From contig CAXXGO010000001.1 of the NCBI GenBank assembly GCA_963666835.2, positions 320,001 to 384,000 of the forward strand: DNA of 64,000 nucleotides, read 5' to 3'. The position numbers and the translations under genes were made by a program. The notes beneath the pieces were generated by a model that saw only the letters and a list, made by a program, of their open reading frames with translations, made no database searches and was not told where the DNA came from. Origin of the DNA: Phycisphaerae bacterium. Its GTDB lineage: Bacteria; Planctomycetota; Phycisphaerae; UBA1845. Positions within the stretch are counted from its first letter, which is position 1. Each line of letters opens with the position of its first letter. Below are positions 1 through 10,311 of the stretch, one piece after another.

Positions 1-435
1 CTCTCCGCGCGGATCACCTCCCTCGTCCTTCTACAAACCTATGTCCGTTCATCTCGATTAACGCGAGCCCGGCATAACTTATTTCTGGCAAAGAGGTTAC
101 GCCTATCGGCCCCGCCAGCTCGCCGTGACGGTTATGCGGCTTGTCTTGCCAGGGCAACGTTGCGGGCCGGGCAATGATGCATCAGAACAACAACGCCGAG
201 CTGCCCGCGGCGAGGGTATTTCACAAGGCAAAACGTCGGGCTCTGCCCGACAACTCTCTCGAGGGGTTCATGTGACCGCACGTCGATATAGGCCGTTGTG
301 CTCCAAGGGCCTGATTTGCTAGGATGGCGATGCGGTGCCTGGCCCAGCTCCGATAACCTGTTGGCTCTGAGGCTGAAAATGGGCGACGGGCACGCGAGAA
401 CCGATATATAGCTGGTGTGACGCATTCGGCCACTA

Positions 436-1356
436 GTGAGTATTACAGCTTTGCGTTCTTCGACGAATGTCTCCTCAGCCGCCGCCCAGGCGTGCGCAAA
501 GATCAACCTGACTCTGCGCGTTTTGGGGAAACGCGCGGATGGCTTCCATGAGCTTGAGTCTCTGGTGGTCGGTGCAGATCTGTGCGACCGGGTGGAATGC
601 ACTATCGATAGCGAACCCGGGATATCCCTGGCCTGCAACGACCCCGCCCTGGCGCAGCCGGACAATCTCGTCTGCCGTGCGGCCGCTCACTTGGCCAAGC
701 GGCGCGGGCTGGATCCCGCCCTGCGGATCAAGCTCGATAAGAAGATTCCAGTTGGTGCGGGCTTAGGGGGCGGGAGCAGCGACGCGGCGGCCACGCTCCG
801 CATCTGCAATCAGCTTTGGATGACGGGACTCGACGATACCGAGCTGGCGTCTCTCGGCGCGGATCTGGGCTCGGACATACCGCTCTTTTTCGGCCTGCCG
901 AGCGTGCTGATGACCGGTCGCGGTGAGCGGGTAACGCCTATGCTGCTTTGCTGGAGCGGTTGGGCTCTGTTGGCTTTTGCCGGTCCTCTCGTGCCAACCG
1001 CCAGCGTTTACAGAGCTTGGCGCCCTTCGGACGTTGCGCCTCACTCCGACGATCAGGTCGAACGGCTCGCCGAGGCTTCAAGCGCCCAAGAGCTAAGCGC
1101 GATGTTAATCAACGATTTGGAGGCGGCCGTGTTTCGCGTTTCCCCAACGGTCGCCCACGTGTACGATGAACTCAACCGATTGGGCATCGGTCCGATGCGA
1201 ATCAGCGGCGCCGGATCGGCGCTGTACCGCCTGTTTGACGAAAGAGCCGAGGCTTGTGAAGCCGCGTCGAGGATAGAGGCGGAGGACCCGAGAGTGGAGA
1301 CAACAGTGGTGGCCGTGCCCGTCGGAAAACACAACATGGTGAGCAAGGAGAACTAA
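436..1356 (+). CDS. ispE: 4-diphosphocytidyl-2-C-methyl-D-erythritol kinase
   Basis: AKINLTL, DGFHELES, GHMP motif KKIPVGAGLGGGSSDAA, LGSDIP, ISGAGS. Confidence 0.95.
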   Translation: MSITALRSSTNVSSAAAQACAKINLTLRVLGKRADGFHELESLVVGADLCDRVECTIDSEPGISLACNDPALAQPDNLVCRAAAHLAKRRGLDPALRIKLDKKIPVGAGLGGGSSDAAATLRICNQLWMTGLDDTELASLGADLGSDIPLFFGLPSVLMTGRGERVTPMLLCWSGWALLAFAGPLVPTASVYRAWRPSDVAPHSDDQVERLAEASSAQELSAMLINDLEAAVFRVSPTVAHVYDELNRLGIGPMRISGAGSALYRLFDERAEACEAASRIEAEDPRVETTVVAVPVGKHNMVSKEN

Positions 1357-1357
1357 A

Positions 1358-2254
1358 TTGGATATCACCGACGTACGCATTAAGCTCGTCAACGACAACA
1401 CCGACCGACTCAAGGCGTTTTGCAGTATTACGCTCGACGACGAGTTCGTGATTCGAGACATCAAGCTGGTGGAGGGCACCAACGGGTTGTTCGTGGCGAT
1501 GCCGTCGCGGAAGTTGTCCTCGTCCTGCCCCGAGTGCCGCCATAAGAATCCCTTGCAGGCCCATTACTGCAACGACTGCGGAGCGGAGTTGCCCAAGCAG
1601 CGCATGCCTACCGACGACCTGGGCCGGATGAAGCTCTATCGCGATATTGCTCATCCGATTACTCCGGATTTTCGGCAGACGCTTCAGGACCGAATCGCCC
1701 AGGCCTACGAACTGGAATGCGAGGAAGTGGATGAGGACGCCCTCGAAGAGTGCGGATTCTCCGCGGAAGATTCGGCAGAGGACGCAACGGAGGAGGAGAC
1801 TGACGTCCGTTCCGACGCCATTGACGAGGACGAGACCGACGAACCGAGCGAATACAGTTCGCTCATTGCTAACCTGAACCCGGGAGAGCGTTCCCGCCAA
1901 AGGGGTCGGACCGAAACCCGCGGTGGCGACCATCGCCAAAGGCAAGGCTCAGCCCAGGATGCCAAAGGTCGCGGACGGCGCCGGAAGCGTCCGTCTCAGA
2001 GGTCCTCGGGCGACCGAACGGAACAGGTGCAAGGCCCCAAGACGGCGACGACGGAGAAGGTCGTCGGACGTCGTGACGCGAAATCCGGTAAACCGGCGTT
2101 TTCGCAGAAGACCGGCCCGAAGGACGAGGAGGTCCTACCGGTCGGAGCCGGTAGCGTTAGTAACAAATTGTCGTCACAGAAGCCGACTGAGCAGCACCGG
2201 CCGGTGGAGACAACCCAGGAAGACCCCGACGCATTCGGTGCCGGGATTCTGTAG
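1358..2254 (+). CDS. spoVG: SpoVG family protein with Zn-ribbon insert and long disordered C-terminal tail
   Basis: DITDVRIK, LKAFCSITLDDEFVIRDIK, GLFVAMPSRK, YRDIAHPI; CPEC..CNDC insert; TTG start 1 nt after the ispE stop. Confidence 0.9.
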   Translation: MDITDVRIKLVNDNTDRLKAFCSITLDDEFVIRDIKLVEGTNGLFVAMPSRKLSSSCPECRHKNPLQAHYCNDCGAELPKQRMPTDDLGRMKLYRDIAHPITPDFRQTLQDRIAQAYELECEEVDEDALEECGFSAEDSAEDATEEETDVRSDAIDEDETDEPSEYSSLIANLNPGERSRQRGRTETRGGDHRQRQGSAQDAKGRGRRRKRPSQRSSGDRTEQVQGPKTATTEKVVGRRDAKSGKPAFSQKTGPKDEEVLPVGAGSVSNKLSSQKPTEQHRPVETTQEDPDAFGAGIL

Positions 2255-2377
2255 ATAGCATCCGACTTGTTTATCCACCCCGGCGTATGGGGAAAAGAGA
2301 CTGCAAACAAGGGGCCGGGAGGCAGAGAACTGCGGAACCGGACCCCGCTTTTTGAGAAACTGACACGGAGCCATTGA

Positions 2378-3898
2378 ATGTCCAGCACAGCGGAAACCAT
2401 GGAGAAGATCGTCGCACTTTGTCGCCGTCGCGGGTTCATCTTCGGCAGTAGCGAGATCTACGGGGGCATCGGCGGCTTCTGGGATTACGGCCCGTTAGGG
2501 ACGGAGCTCAAGCGCAACATCAAAGAGGCCTGGTGGAATGACATGGTCCGCAACCCGCCGCCCGGTCCGAACGGAACGACGTTCCAGATGGTCGGGGTGG
2601 ATTGCTCGATCATTATGAACCCCAAGGTCTGGGAAGCCTCCGGGCATGTGGGCGGGTTCAGCGATCCGATGGTGGACTGCACTGAGTGCAAGAAGCGCTT
2701 CCGGGCGGATAAGGCGTGGGTGGTTAACCTCTTCAAGGGCGATGCGGAAACGCCAGTCCTGACGGTCGGTGTGGAAGCGGATACCGACGAGGAGGCGGCC
2801 TCTTTGGCGATTGGCGGTTTGAGCTCGAAGCAGAAGAAAGCCGTCGGTGTTGGAGCGCAGGAGGTTCGCACGGCTGCTACAGTCGTGGGCGAGCTGCCGG
2901 AATCCGCTGAACGAAAATGCCCCGCGTGCCAGGCAAACGCCCTGACCGAGCCTCGTGAATTCAACCTGATGTTCCAGACGTACGTCGGAGCTCTGCAGGA
3001 CGCGACCAGTATTGCGTACCTTAGGCCGGAGACGGCGCAGGGGATCTTCGCCAACTTCAAGAATGTGATCGATACGTCGCGGGTCAAACTGCCCCTGGGT
3101 ATCGCTCAGATGGGCAAGAGCTTCCGCAACGAAATCAACCCGCGTAACTACACGTTCCGTTCGCGCGAGTTCGAGCAATACGAAATAGAGTTCTTCTGCC
3201 ACCCGTCGGAGGCGGGGATGTGGTACGAGTTCTGGCGCGACACGCGCCATCAGTGGTACACGGGGCTGGGCCTTAAGAGCGAGAAGCTCCGTCTGCGCGA
3301 GCACGTGGGGAACGAGCTGGCCCACTATGCCGAGGCGTGCGCCGACGTCGAATTCGACTTCCCCTTCGGGCTCAGTGAGTTGGAGGGCATCGCCAACCGC
3401 ACGGACTACGATCTGAAGGCCCACATCGATAAGAGTGGCAAGGACTTGTCATATTTCGACGCCGAGCGTAAGGAGCGGTTCGTCCCGTACGTCATCGAGC
3501 CGTCCGGCGGTATCGATCGGAGCGTGCTGGCGTTTATTACCGAGGCATATACCGTTGACGAGAACCGGGCCAGCCCTGAGTTTATGAAGTTCCACCCGCG
3601 GCTCGCCCCGATCAAGGCGGCCGTGTTCCCCCTCGTGGCCAAGGACGGCATGCCGGACATCGCCGAGCCCATTTTCCGCGAGCTGAAGAAACAGTACCCG
3701 TGTCAATACGATTCCAAGCAGTCGATTGGGAAGCGTTACGCCCGCATGGACGAGGCCGGCACCCCGTACTGCTTCACGATCGACGGACAAAGCAAGGAGG
3801 ACGGCACGGTCACCGTGCGCAGCCGCGACGACGCGAGCCAGGACCGCATCGACAAGTCGCGCTGCCTCGAGTATCTGCGCGACAAGCTGGCCCAGTAA
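2378..3898 (+). CDS. glyQS: Glycine--tRNA ligase (homodimeric type)
   Basis: RRGFIFGSSEIYGG, DYGPLG, LRPETAQG, GKSFRNEI, RSREFEQ, EGIANRTDYDL, anticodon-domain SIGKRYARMDEAG. Confidence 0.96.
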   Translation: MSSTAETMEKIVALCRRRGFIFGSSEIYGGIGGFWDYGPLGTELKRNIKEAWWNDMVRNPPPGPNGTTFQMVGVDCSIIMNPKVWEASGHVGGFSDPMVDCTECKKRFRADKAWVVNLFKGDAETPVLTVGVEADTDEEAASLAIGGLSSKQKKAVGVGAQEVRTAATVVGELPESAERKCPACQANALTEPREFNLMFQTYVGALQDATSIAYLRPETAQGIFANFKNVIDTSRVKLPLGIAQMGKSFRNEINPRNYTFRSREFEQYEIEFFCHPSEAGMWYEFWRDTRHQWYTGLGLKSEKLRLREHVGNELAHYAEACADVEFDFPFGLSELEGIANRTDYDLKAHIDKSGKDLSYFDAERKERFVPYVIEPSGGIDRSVLAFITEAYTVDENRASPEFMKFHPRLAPIKAAVFPLVAKDGMPDIAEPIFRELKKQYPCQYDSKQSIGKRYARMDEAGTPYCFTIDGQSKEDGTVTVRSRDDASQDRIDKSRCLEYLRDKLAQ

Positions 3899-3905
3899 GC
3901 GTCGG

Positions 3906-3955
3906 CTGGGTGCCCCATGGCTTTAGTCGGGTGGCCCATGGCTTTAGCCGTGGGG
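3906..3955. repeat. GGGTGG-type palindromic REP (GGGTGGCCCATGGCTTTAGCCGTGGG) plus a partial tandem copy
   Basis: Hairpin right after the glyQS stop; similar to hairpins at 35414-35447 and 35524-35556. Confidence 0.6.
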
Positions 3956-4035
3956 GAAGATCTTCGATGTTCGGATAATCGGGTGGCGCCAGCCGTTGGG
4001 GAAGGCCGCCCATTCTTTGCTGGAGGCCAGGATGT

Positions 4036-5985
4036 CTATTCAGAGCGGGCGACTGTTCCGGCGATTCGTCCGGAATGCTCCGCCAGGGCGCTCGAGAACC
4101 AGCCTCGCATGGAAGAAGGGACGAGCTTGCGGGCCGTGTCGAGTGCCTCGGCAGCGGCAGTAGCGTCTCCGGCCTCATACTGTAAGCGCGACATCAACGT
4201 GTAGAGAATAGCATTGGAGTCCGGATGTTGCTTGGGCAAAGCGATCAGGTCGCGACAAGCTGTTAGCATCCGCTCATTGGCAGTACCGGCCGAATCCGGT
4301 CGGCTCAGAACATCCAAGCCGCGGAACTTCAGTAGTGACATTCCCGGCGGAGCGTGCTGCAAGCCCTGGTCGAGGAACTCGGGCTTACGCTCCGAGCGCT
4401 CGTAGGCAACCCGGTCCGACTCGGGATGGCGGTACGGAACCACGAGAAAGCAACGCCCGGTCTGGCCAACGAGACGTTGCCAATGGGCTTTATCAATTGC
4501 CAGAGACCAGGCCGGCTCGGCCAACGGGCGATTCTGATCGGCCGGCCAATCGTACTTGCCCCAAAACGTCGGCTGCGATCCTCCGAACGGCTCATCTCGG
4601 AATACAATAACAACGTCCTCCTCGCGGGCCTGCCCCGCCAGGTACTCCGCGCAACCGCGCCAATCAGGACGCGTATACCGCCCCATCAGCCGGACGGTTC
4701 CCATTGCAGGGGTCGCCAGTAACGCGATCGTTCCGATTGTCGCCAGCCCACGGACTGCGAAAACCGGCCGCCGAACATGCCAGGTCGCACGAAGAGCGGC
4801 CACCAGGGCCACGGCCGCAAAGAACGCCACCACCGGCACCAGAAACAACGCATAACGACCGCGGATCGGTTCGTGCGGGGCGAAGACCGTAAACACCGAC
4901 AGGTACACCGGCGCGAGGATCACCATAACCGTGCAAACGAGCGCGTTGGCAAACGGAAGCACTCGGCGACGCCGCCAACAGACAACGACACCGATTACAG
5001 CCAGTACTAGGAATGCCGGATGGTAGTCACCGAACATCACGAGAGTCGCCTGCCGCCAAACGCTTAGGTGCTCGACGATTCTGTTGAAGAACGGCTCCGC
5101 CAAACGGGCGGACGGTCCGGTTCCCGCGCGAGACAGGCTGACAATCGAAACCGCCCGAGGGGCGAAGTGGATGTAGGCCAGTACCATGGGGATCGTAGCC
5201 AACCCGATAAGGAGCGTAACCCACCACGCGCGCCGCAACGTCCCCGATCGCGCTGCCACCGGTGTCGGTGCGCTCAACCGCAACGCGATCAGCGCGGAGG
5301 TGAGGACGATTCCGCAGGAAAGCAGTACCACCATCGGGCCCACGCTTCGCGTCAGAGTCATCACATAGGCGGCCGCTGCGAAGACGATCACCCGGCGTCG
5401 ATCCGCCCGCTCCAGTACGCAAGCCAGTGCCCAGAGCGTGACCAAAAGTGCGGCAATGAAGATGGTATAGGGTCGAGCGTCCTGGCTGGCCCGCCAATGC
5501 ATTGGCGAGAAAGTCAAGATCGTGGCCGCAATCAGGCCCTCACGCCAGGACGCCAACCGTCGCCCCAGCAGGAAACAGGCCGCGACCCCGGTGACGCCGA
5601 AGAAAGCCGCGGGCGTCCGGCGGAGGTAGTCGGAGGCTTCGATCTTACTGACGGCCCACCCCAGGACGTAGTCCAGCGGCGGCTGCCATTGGGACAACGC
5701 GGTCCGCGCCACATAGTGCGGCGGCAGCGCGTACGATCGGGTCTGAAGGTACTCATCCTCCCAGCGGCCCTCGCGTCCCAAGCCCCAAAACCGCAGGACG
5801 GCCGCGATCACCAGAATAGCCAGCAATGCGGCAGGTACGAACCACCTGCGGCCACGGCAGCAAGACCGGTTGAGTGGAGGCGCAGCTTCGCCCGCCGCGC
5901 ACTTAGGCGATTCAGCGTGCGGATCCGCTGAGGAGGGCTTCGTCTTGGATGTTGACGGTCTTGCCGGTGACACGTTGAACCTCAA
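4036..5985 (-). CDS. Integral membrane glycosyltransferase (GT39/ArnT-PMT-like) with TPR-like C-terminus
   Basis: WEDE, QPPLDY, SQDARPY motifs; many TM segments; PDWRG soluble domain; start uncertain. Confidence 0.8.
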   Translation of the reverse strand: MRFNVSPARPSTSKTKPSSADPHAESPKCAAGEAAPPLNRSCCRGRRWFVPAALLAILVIAAVLRFWGLGREGRWEDEYLQTRSYALPPHYVARTALSQWQPPLDYVLGWAVSKIEASDYLRRTPAAFFGVTGVAACFLLGRRLASWREGLIAATILTFSPMHWRASQDARPYTIFIAALLVTLWALACVLERADRRRVIVFAAAAYVMTLTRSVGPMVVLLSCGIVLTSALIALRLSAPTPVAARSGTLRRAWWVTLLIGLATIPMVLAYIHFAPRAVSIVSLSRAGTGPSARLAEPFFNRIVEHLSVWRQATLVMFGDYHPAFLVLAVIGVVVCWRRRRVLPFANALVCTVMVILAPVYLSVFTVFAPHEPIRGRYALFLVPVVAFFAAVALVAALRATWHVRRPVFAVRGLATIGTIALLATPAMGTVRLMGRYTRPDWRGCAEYLAGQAREEDVVIVFRDEPFGGSQPTFWGKYDWPADQNRPLAEPAWSLAIDKAHWQRLVGQTGRCFLVVPYRHPESDRVAYERSERKPEFLDQGLQHAPPGMSLLKFRGLDVLSRPDSAGTANERMLTACRDLIALPKQHPDSNAILYTLMSRLQYEAGDATAAAEALDTARKLVPSSMRGWFSSALAEHSGRIAGTVARSE

Positions 5986-6379
5986 TCGTCCCGGGCACGC
6001 TCTGTGAACTACTGGCTACTGCGTTCAACAAGCTCTGAAACGCCGCCCGGTCCTCAACCAACGGCTGCCTCCAGGCAGTCGCGTAGTTGCGGGAACACGG
6101 CACATGGTCCTCGCGGGGAGTGGTCCGCGGTGATGCCACCTCGGCGCCAGCCCTTCGAGAAACCTCGTACGTGTGGGTAATATCGGGCGTTCGGCGTGCC
6201 GATTTGAGACCGCAACCGGGAGAACCCGGGCTCGGCAGCGCGACGAACCCGGTGCGCGACCGATATTAACGTGTTGCAGGCCTGCTAGCTCCAGCTTGCG
6301 CGGCCAACGTCCGAAAAACAGAAAGCAGGGCGTCTGCGCGGTCGAAGCGCTTACGCCCGAGGTGCGAAGCGAGATACGC

Positions 6380-8035
6380 ATGGACATTGGACAACCACAG
6401 CCCGAACCGCGAAGCGGCGCTCGAATCGCGCCGATTCTGTGGGGCGTCGCGGGGCTGGCGTTGTTCGTCCATGTGCTGGCCTTCAGCGCCTCGCAGCTCT
6501 GGCTCTACCCCGATTCGAGGTGGTACATCGAACTGGCGGTCGGCATCGCGGAGCGGCTGGACCTGGCCGACGAACGCTTCCTCATTCGGACCCCGGGTTA
6601 TCCGCTGATGCTGGCCTCCATATTCTCAATCTTCGGGCGAACCAGCCCGACGGCCATTCTGGTAATCCAACATGCCATGGTTGTGGCAATCGCCGTGGTG
6701 GCGACTCTGACGGGCTGGTATTTGACCTCATCCCGCAGCATTGCCTTGTTGGCCGGCATCCTGACGGCGTGCAGCTTGCCGCTGATCGGCTTTGCGAACG
6801 TCGTGATGACCGAAGTACCGTACACGCTGGCGTTGGTGGTCTCGGTGTGCTTTCTGGTGAAATACCACCGCTTCGGGGGAACGTGGTCGCTGGGCCTCGC
6901 ATCGCTGGTGGGCGGATTGGCATGCCTGTTCAGACCGGTCGGGATGATCATCATTGCGTTCTGCGCGATGGCCGCCCTTCACCGGCTGTGGGTCGAGTAC
7001 CGTACGGCCGAACGTCGTAACCTGAAGATGCGCCAAGTTGCGGCGGTCCTGAGCTCGGCGATTGCCCCGGCGATGTTGATCTCGTTGCCGTTCGTGATTC
7101 ACAATGCGGTCAACGGAAGTGGTCAACAGGCCGGATGTACGATGGGAATCTCCCTTTTTCATCGTGTTGCTCATGTAGAACGTCGCGACTCAGAAGATAG
7201 CGCAACATGGTCGGAGATCCGCAACGTCGTCGAGGAGGCTAAACAAGCAGGCCATCTGGGCGCTTCGGGCTCAGCTCGTCGTTGGTGGGACGTCTGGTGC
7301 GCTTACCGAAACGTCCGCGGAGAGTCACTGGCCGAGACCAGCACCGCGGTCACCCGAGCGGCTCTCGACCTCGCCGCCGAAGACTGGTCGCAGTTCGCAC
7401 AAGATACGATCACTTATGCGGGGCGGACTCTCTTGATGCCGGACCCGACCTATCGGTACCAGCCCAGGCCGGATTCCGTTCGCGCCGGTGTAGCTGCAGC
7501 GGACGATGCGATTCTCGACATCTCCATGTTCGAACCGAATGTACGCAGATACATGGCCTCGGAGATTCTGGAGAAGTACCTGCCGCTGCACTACGACGTC
7601 GCGGCGACCACGCCGTTGTGGACGACTATAGCCGTCTGGGCGTATGACCATATCGAAGCAGGTCCGCCCATCATAGGAATGGGCGACTCTCCGTATGAAG
7701 AATTTGCTTTCCTTTGTGCGGCGGGGGCCTTGCTCGCGTTGGGTCTTCGCGAACGGTGGACCTGGCTCTTGGTTAGCGGAATAGCCTTCGGGCAGGTGAT
7801 AGCGTCGGCGCTTCTTGCCGGAACCGTTCCGCGTTACGCCATTCCGGTGCAGCCATTGTTGAACCTCTGCGCCGCGTTGTTGATCGTCGCTGTCTGCCGA
7901 ACTCTGCTGCGGGGTGTACGCGCCGTAGTCCGACGCAAAGGGATGCCGCAAGTGCGGGGTGTCAAACGACGACAGGATCTTTGCGCGCCGTTTGCGTCCG
8001 AGATTCGGATCAAGCGTTCGCTCACGACCGGATGA
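6380..8035 (+). CDS. Integral membrane glycosyltransferase (GT39/ArnT-like)
   Basis: YPDSRWY, RTPGYP, VMTE, LFRP and PRYAIP motifs; multiple TM segments; ORF is open from 6173. Confidence 0.75.
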   Translation: MDIGQPQPEPRSGARIAPILWGVAGLALFVHVLAFSASQLWLYPDSRWYIELAVGIAERLDLADERFLIRTPGYPLMLASIFSIFGRTSPTAILVIQHAMVVAIAVVATLTGWYLTSSRSIALLAGILTACSLPLIGFANVVMTEVPYTLALVVSVCFLVKYHRFGGTWSLGLASLVGGLACLFRPVGMIIIAFCAMAALHRLWVEYRTAERRNLKMRQVAAVLSSAIAPAMLISLPFVIHNAVNGSGQQAGCTMGISLFHRVAHVERRDSEDSATWSEIRNVVEEAKQAGHLGASGSARRWWDVWCAYRNVRGESLAETSTAVTRAALDLAAEDWSQFAQDTITYAGRTLLMPDPTYRYQPRPDSVRAGVAAADDAILDISMFEPNVRRYMASEILEKYLPLHYDVAATTPLWTTIAVWAYDHIEAGPPIIGMGDSPYEEFAFLCAAGALLALGLRERWTWLLVSGIAFGQVIASALLAGTVPRYAIPVQPLLNLCAALLIVAVCRTLLRGVRAVVRRKGMPQVRGVKRRQDLCAPFASEIRIKRSLTTG

Positions 8036-8107
8036 CCCTCAGAACGGCGTTCGCTCGAAACCGAATTGCGAGGTAGTCTGACCGTTTTGCCGACAGGAAG
8101 CGTTTAC

Positions 8108-9145
8108 ATGCCATCGCCGTCCGTCACGGTTATTATTCCGACCCACAACGCGGCGACCACCGTTGCCGCTTGTATCCGTTCGGCGCTATCCGCCGAATAT
8201 GACGGGCCGCGCGAGATTATCGTGGTGGACGACGCCTCTACGGACTCTACTTGTGCCATCGTCGAGTCTCTGGATTGCCGTCTTATTCGTAAAGAACAGA
8301 ACCACGGTCCGGCCGTCGCACGTAACGCTGGAGCGAAAGCGGCGAGCGGCGAAGTGTTGATCTTCATCGACTCCGATACCGAGATGCGCCCTGACGCCAT
8401 TCACGAGGCGGTCGAGGCGTTGTACGAAGACGGGGTCCACGCGGTAACCGGCATGTATGAGCCGGAGCCGCTAAACTCCGGGTTCTTCCCCGCATATTAC
8501 TCGTATCTTAAGTACCACGCCTTCACGGCCAACCCCGTTCGCCGTATCCAGGCGTTTGGTGCCCAATGCGCAGCGATTCGCAAGAGCACGTTCGAGCAAG
8601 TCGGTGGGTTCCGGCCGTTCCCCTGGGGGGTGGACATCGAAAATGACGAATTGGGCTTTCGGATCAACCGCCACGGCCCGGTCGTTCTGGCACGCAAGTT
8701 CAGGGTGGGCCACAACTTCCCCGAGTTCCGCAAGCTGCTCCGCGTTTTCACCGGTCGCGTCTACTGGTACATACTGTTCATTCATCAGTGCCGTAAGGCG
8801 GAAACGGTCTTGATGACCCGGGGACTGGGGACGGCTACGGCGGCGTTTCCGGCCGCGGGGTTGGCACTGCTATTGATGTTAGTGCTACCCGCTGATCCGG
8901 CGCGCGCGCTTCTGATGGCCTTAGCCGGGCTGGGGTTGGCTGTTTTCGCTTGGGGATACTGGGGTCTCTGGCGACTGTGTCGGAAGCGGCGTGGGTGGGG
9001 TTTCGCATTGGCTGCGGCCGGGGCGAGCGCCTTTTTCTCCGTAGTAATATCGGCTTCCGCCGCGTGGGCTCATCTGACGATTGCGTGGTCTCGATTGCGG
9101 CGAGACAAAGCACCGTTAGTCCAACCGGCGATGGAGCAGGCATGA
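8108..9145 (+). CDS. Family 2 glycosyltransferase with C-terminal TM helices
   Basis: VIIPTHN, VVDDASTD, GPAVARNAG, FIDSD (DxD), VGGF. Confidence 0.9.
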   Translation: MPSPSVTVIIPTHNAATTVAACIRSALSAEYDGPREIIVVDDASTDSTCAIVESLDCRLIRKEQNHGPAVARNAGAKAASGEVLIFIDSDTEMRPDAIHEAVEALYEDGVHAVTGMYEPEPLNSGFFPAYYSYLKYHAFTANPVRRIQAFGAQCAAIRKSTFEQVGGFRPFPWGVDIENDELGFRINRHGPVVLARKFRVGHNFPEFRKLLRVFTGRVYWYILFIHQCRKAETVLMTRGLGTATAAFPAAGLALLLMLVLPADPARALLMALAGLGLAVFAWGYWGLWRLCRKRRGWGFALAAAGASAFFSVVISASAAWAHLTIAWSRLRRDKAPLVQPAMEQA

Positions 9146-10311
9146 TGCCGGCAACGCTAAGACGACAGGCTCGAACTCTGTGGACGCTGTACACGTCTCG
9201 AACGCCGGTCTACGTGATTCTATATCTTACGTCGCGATGCAACTTCCGTTGCCCGATGTGTTTCTATCTGGACGAAATCGCCGATCCCGAGAAGGAGGAG
9301 ATGGCGCTTCCGGAAATGGAGAAAATGTCCCGGAGTCTGGGACGTCTCATCCAGCTCTCGCTGACCGGGGGTGAACCTTTTCTTCGAACCGACATTCCCG
9401 AGATTGTCGATATCTTTGCCCGCAACAACCGGGTCCAATACGTAACGATCCCAACCAACGGTTCCCTCACGGAACGAATCGCCGCTACGGTAGAGCGCGT
9501 GACCCGCGACCATCCCGAGATCAGCTTCCGAATCGCTCTGTCCTTAGACGGTTTTCCGGAAGACCACGACAAGATCCGCGGCGGAAACAGCTTCGAGAAG
9601 ATCGAGGCAACTCTGACAGTTCTGGAGGGAATCCGCAGCCGAGTGGATAACCTCGTCATCGACGTCAACACGTGCTATTCCTCGCTGAACGACGGCAACG
9701 TCGATGGGCTGGTCGATTTCGTAGCCGATCGCTTCAACGTAGACAATCACACGGTTACGTATGTCCGGGGAAACGCCTCTGACACAACCAAGGACGTTAC
9801 GGTTAGCGGGTATATGCGGTTGGTGGACGACATTCGGCGCCGGCGGGCGCCTCGTGAATCGCGCCCGTTCTCCAGTCTGCTCCGCGCGGTAATGGATTAT
9901 CAACGAGATATCATCCAGCGGACTCTCGCCACCGACCGGATGCAGGTGCCGTGCGTCGCCGGGCGAAAGATGCTCGTCGTAACGGAGAAGGCCGAGGTAC
10001 TGCCGTGCGAGATTCTCAACCGGTCCCTGGGTAATCTCAAAGAGTGCGACCATCACGTGCCGACCCTGCTGCGCACCGCGCGCTCCCGAAAGACCGTCGA
10101 CTGGATTCGCCGGACGAAGTGTCATTGCACGTTCGAATGCGCCTTGGCCACCAGTATTATCTACCATTGGCCCAGCTACCCGCGACTTTTCTGGCGTGCG
10201 TTCAAGGAATGGTGGCGGTCGCGCCGCGGCTTGTCCGCAGCGGCAAAAGCCGGACAGCACGAGCCGGCTTGTTCGCCTTCCGCAATCAACCCGGTGGAGG
10301 CCTCGGCATGA
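9142..10311 (+). CDS. Radical SAM protein with SPASM/Twitch-like C-terminus
   Basis: CNFRCPMC, LTGGEPFLR, TNG, PCVAG..PCE..CHCTFEC; ATGA overlap with the GT2 stop. Confidence 0.9.
   Translation: MMPATLRRQARTLWTLYTSRTPVYVILYLTSRCNFRCPMCFYLDEIADPEKEEMALPEMEKMSRSLGRLIQLSLTGGEPFLRTDIPEIVDIFARNNRVQYVTIPTNGSLTERIAATVERVTRDHPEISFRIALSLDGFPEDHDKIRGGNSFEKIEATLTVLEGIRSRVDNLVIDVNTCYSSLNDGNVDGLVDFVADRFNVDNHTVTYVRGNASDTTKDVTVSGYMRLVDDIRRRRAPRESRPFSSLLRAVMDYQRDIIQRTLATDRMQVPCVAGRKMLVVTEKAEVLPCEILNRSLGNLKECDHHVPTLLRTARSRKTVDWIRRTKCHCTFECALATSIIYHWPSYPRLFWRAFKEWWRSRRGLSAAAKAGQHEPACSPSAINPVEASA

Noticed and set aside
11..21. GGATCACCTCC resembling the 16S rRNA 3' end
   Set aside because: The flanks do not match 16S; more likely a minus-strand Shine-Dalgarno (GGAGGTGATCC) for a gene outside the window, or chance
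2255..2377. T-box leader upstream of glyQS
   Set aside because: Too short, with no recognisable T-box consensus or terminator U-tract
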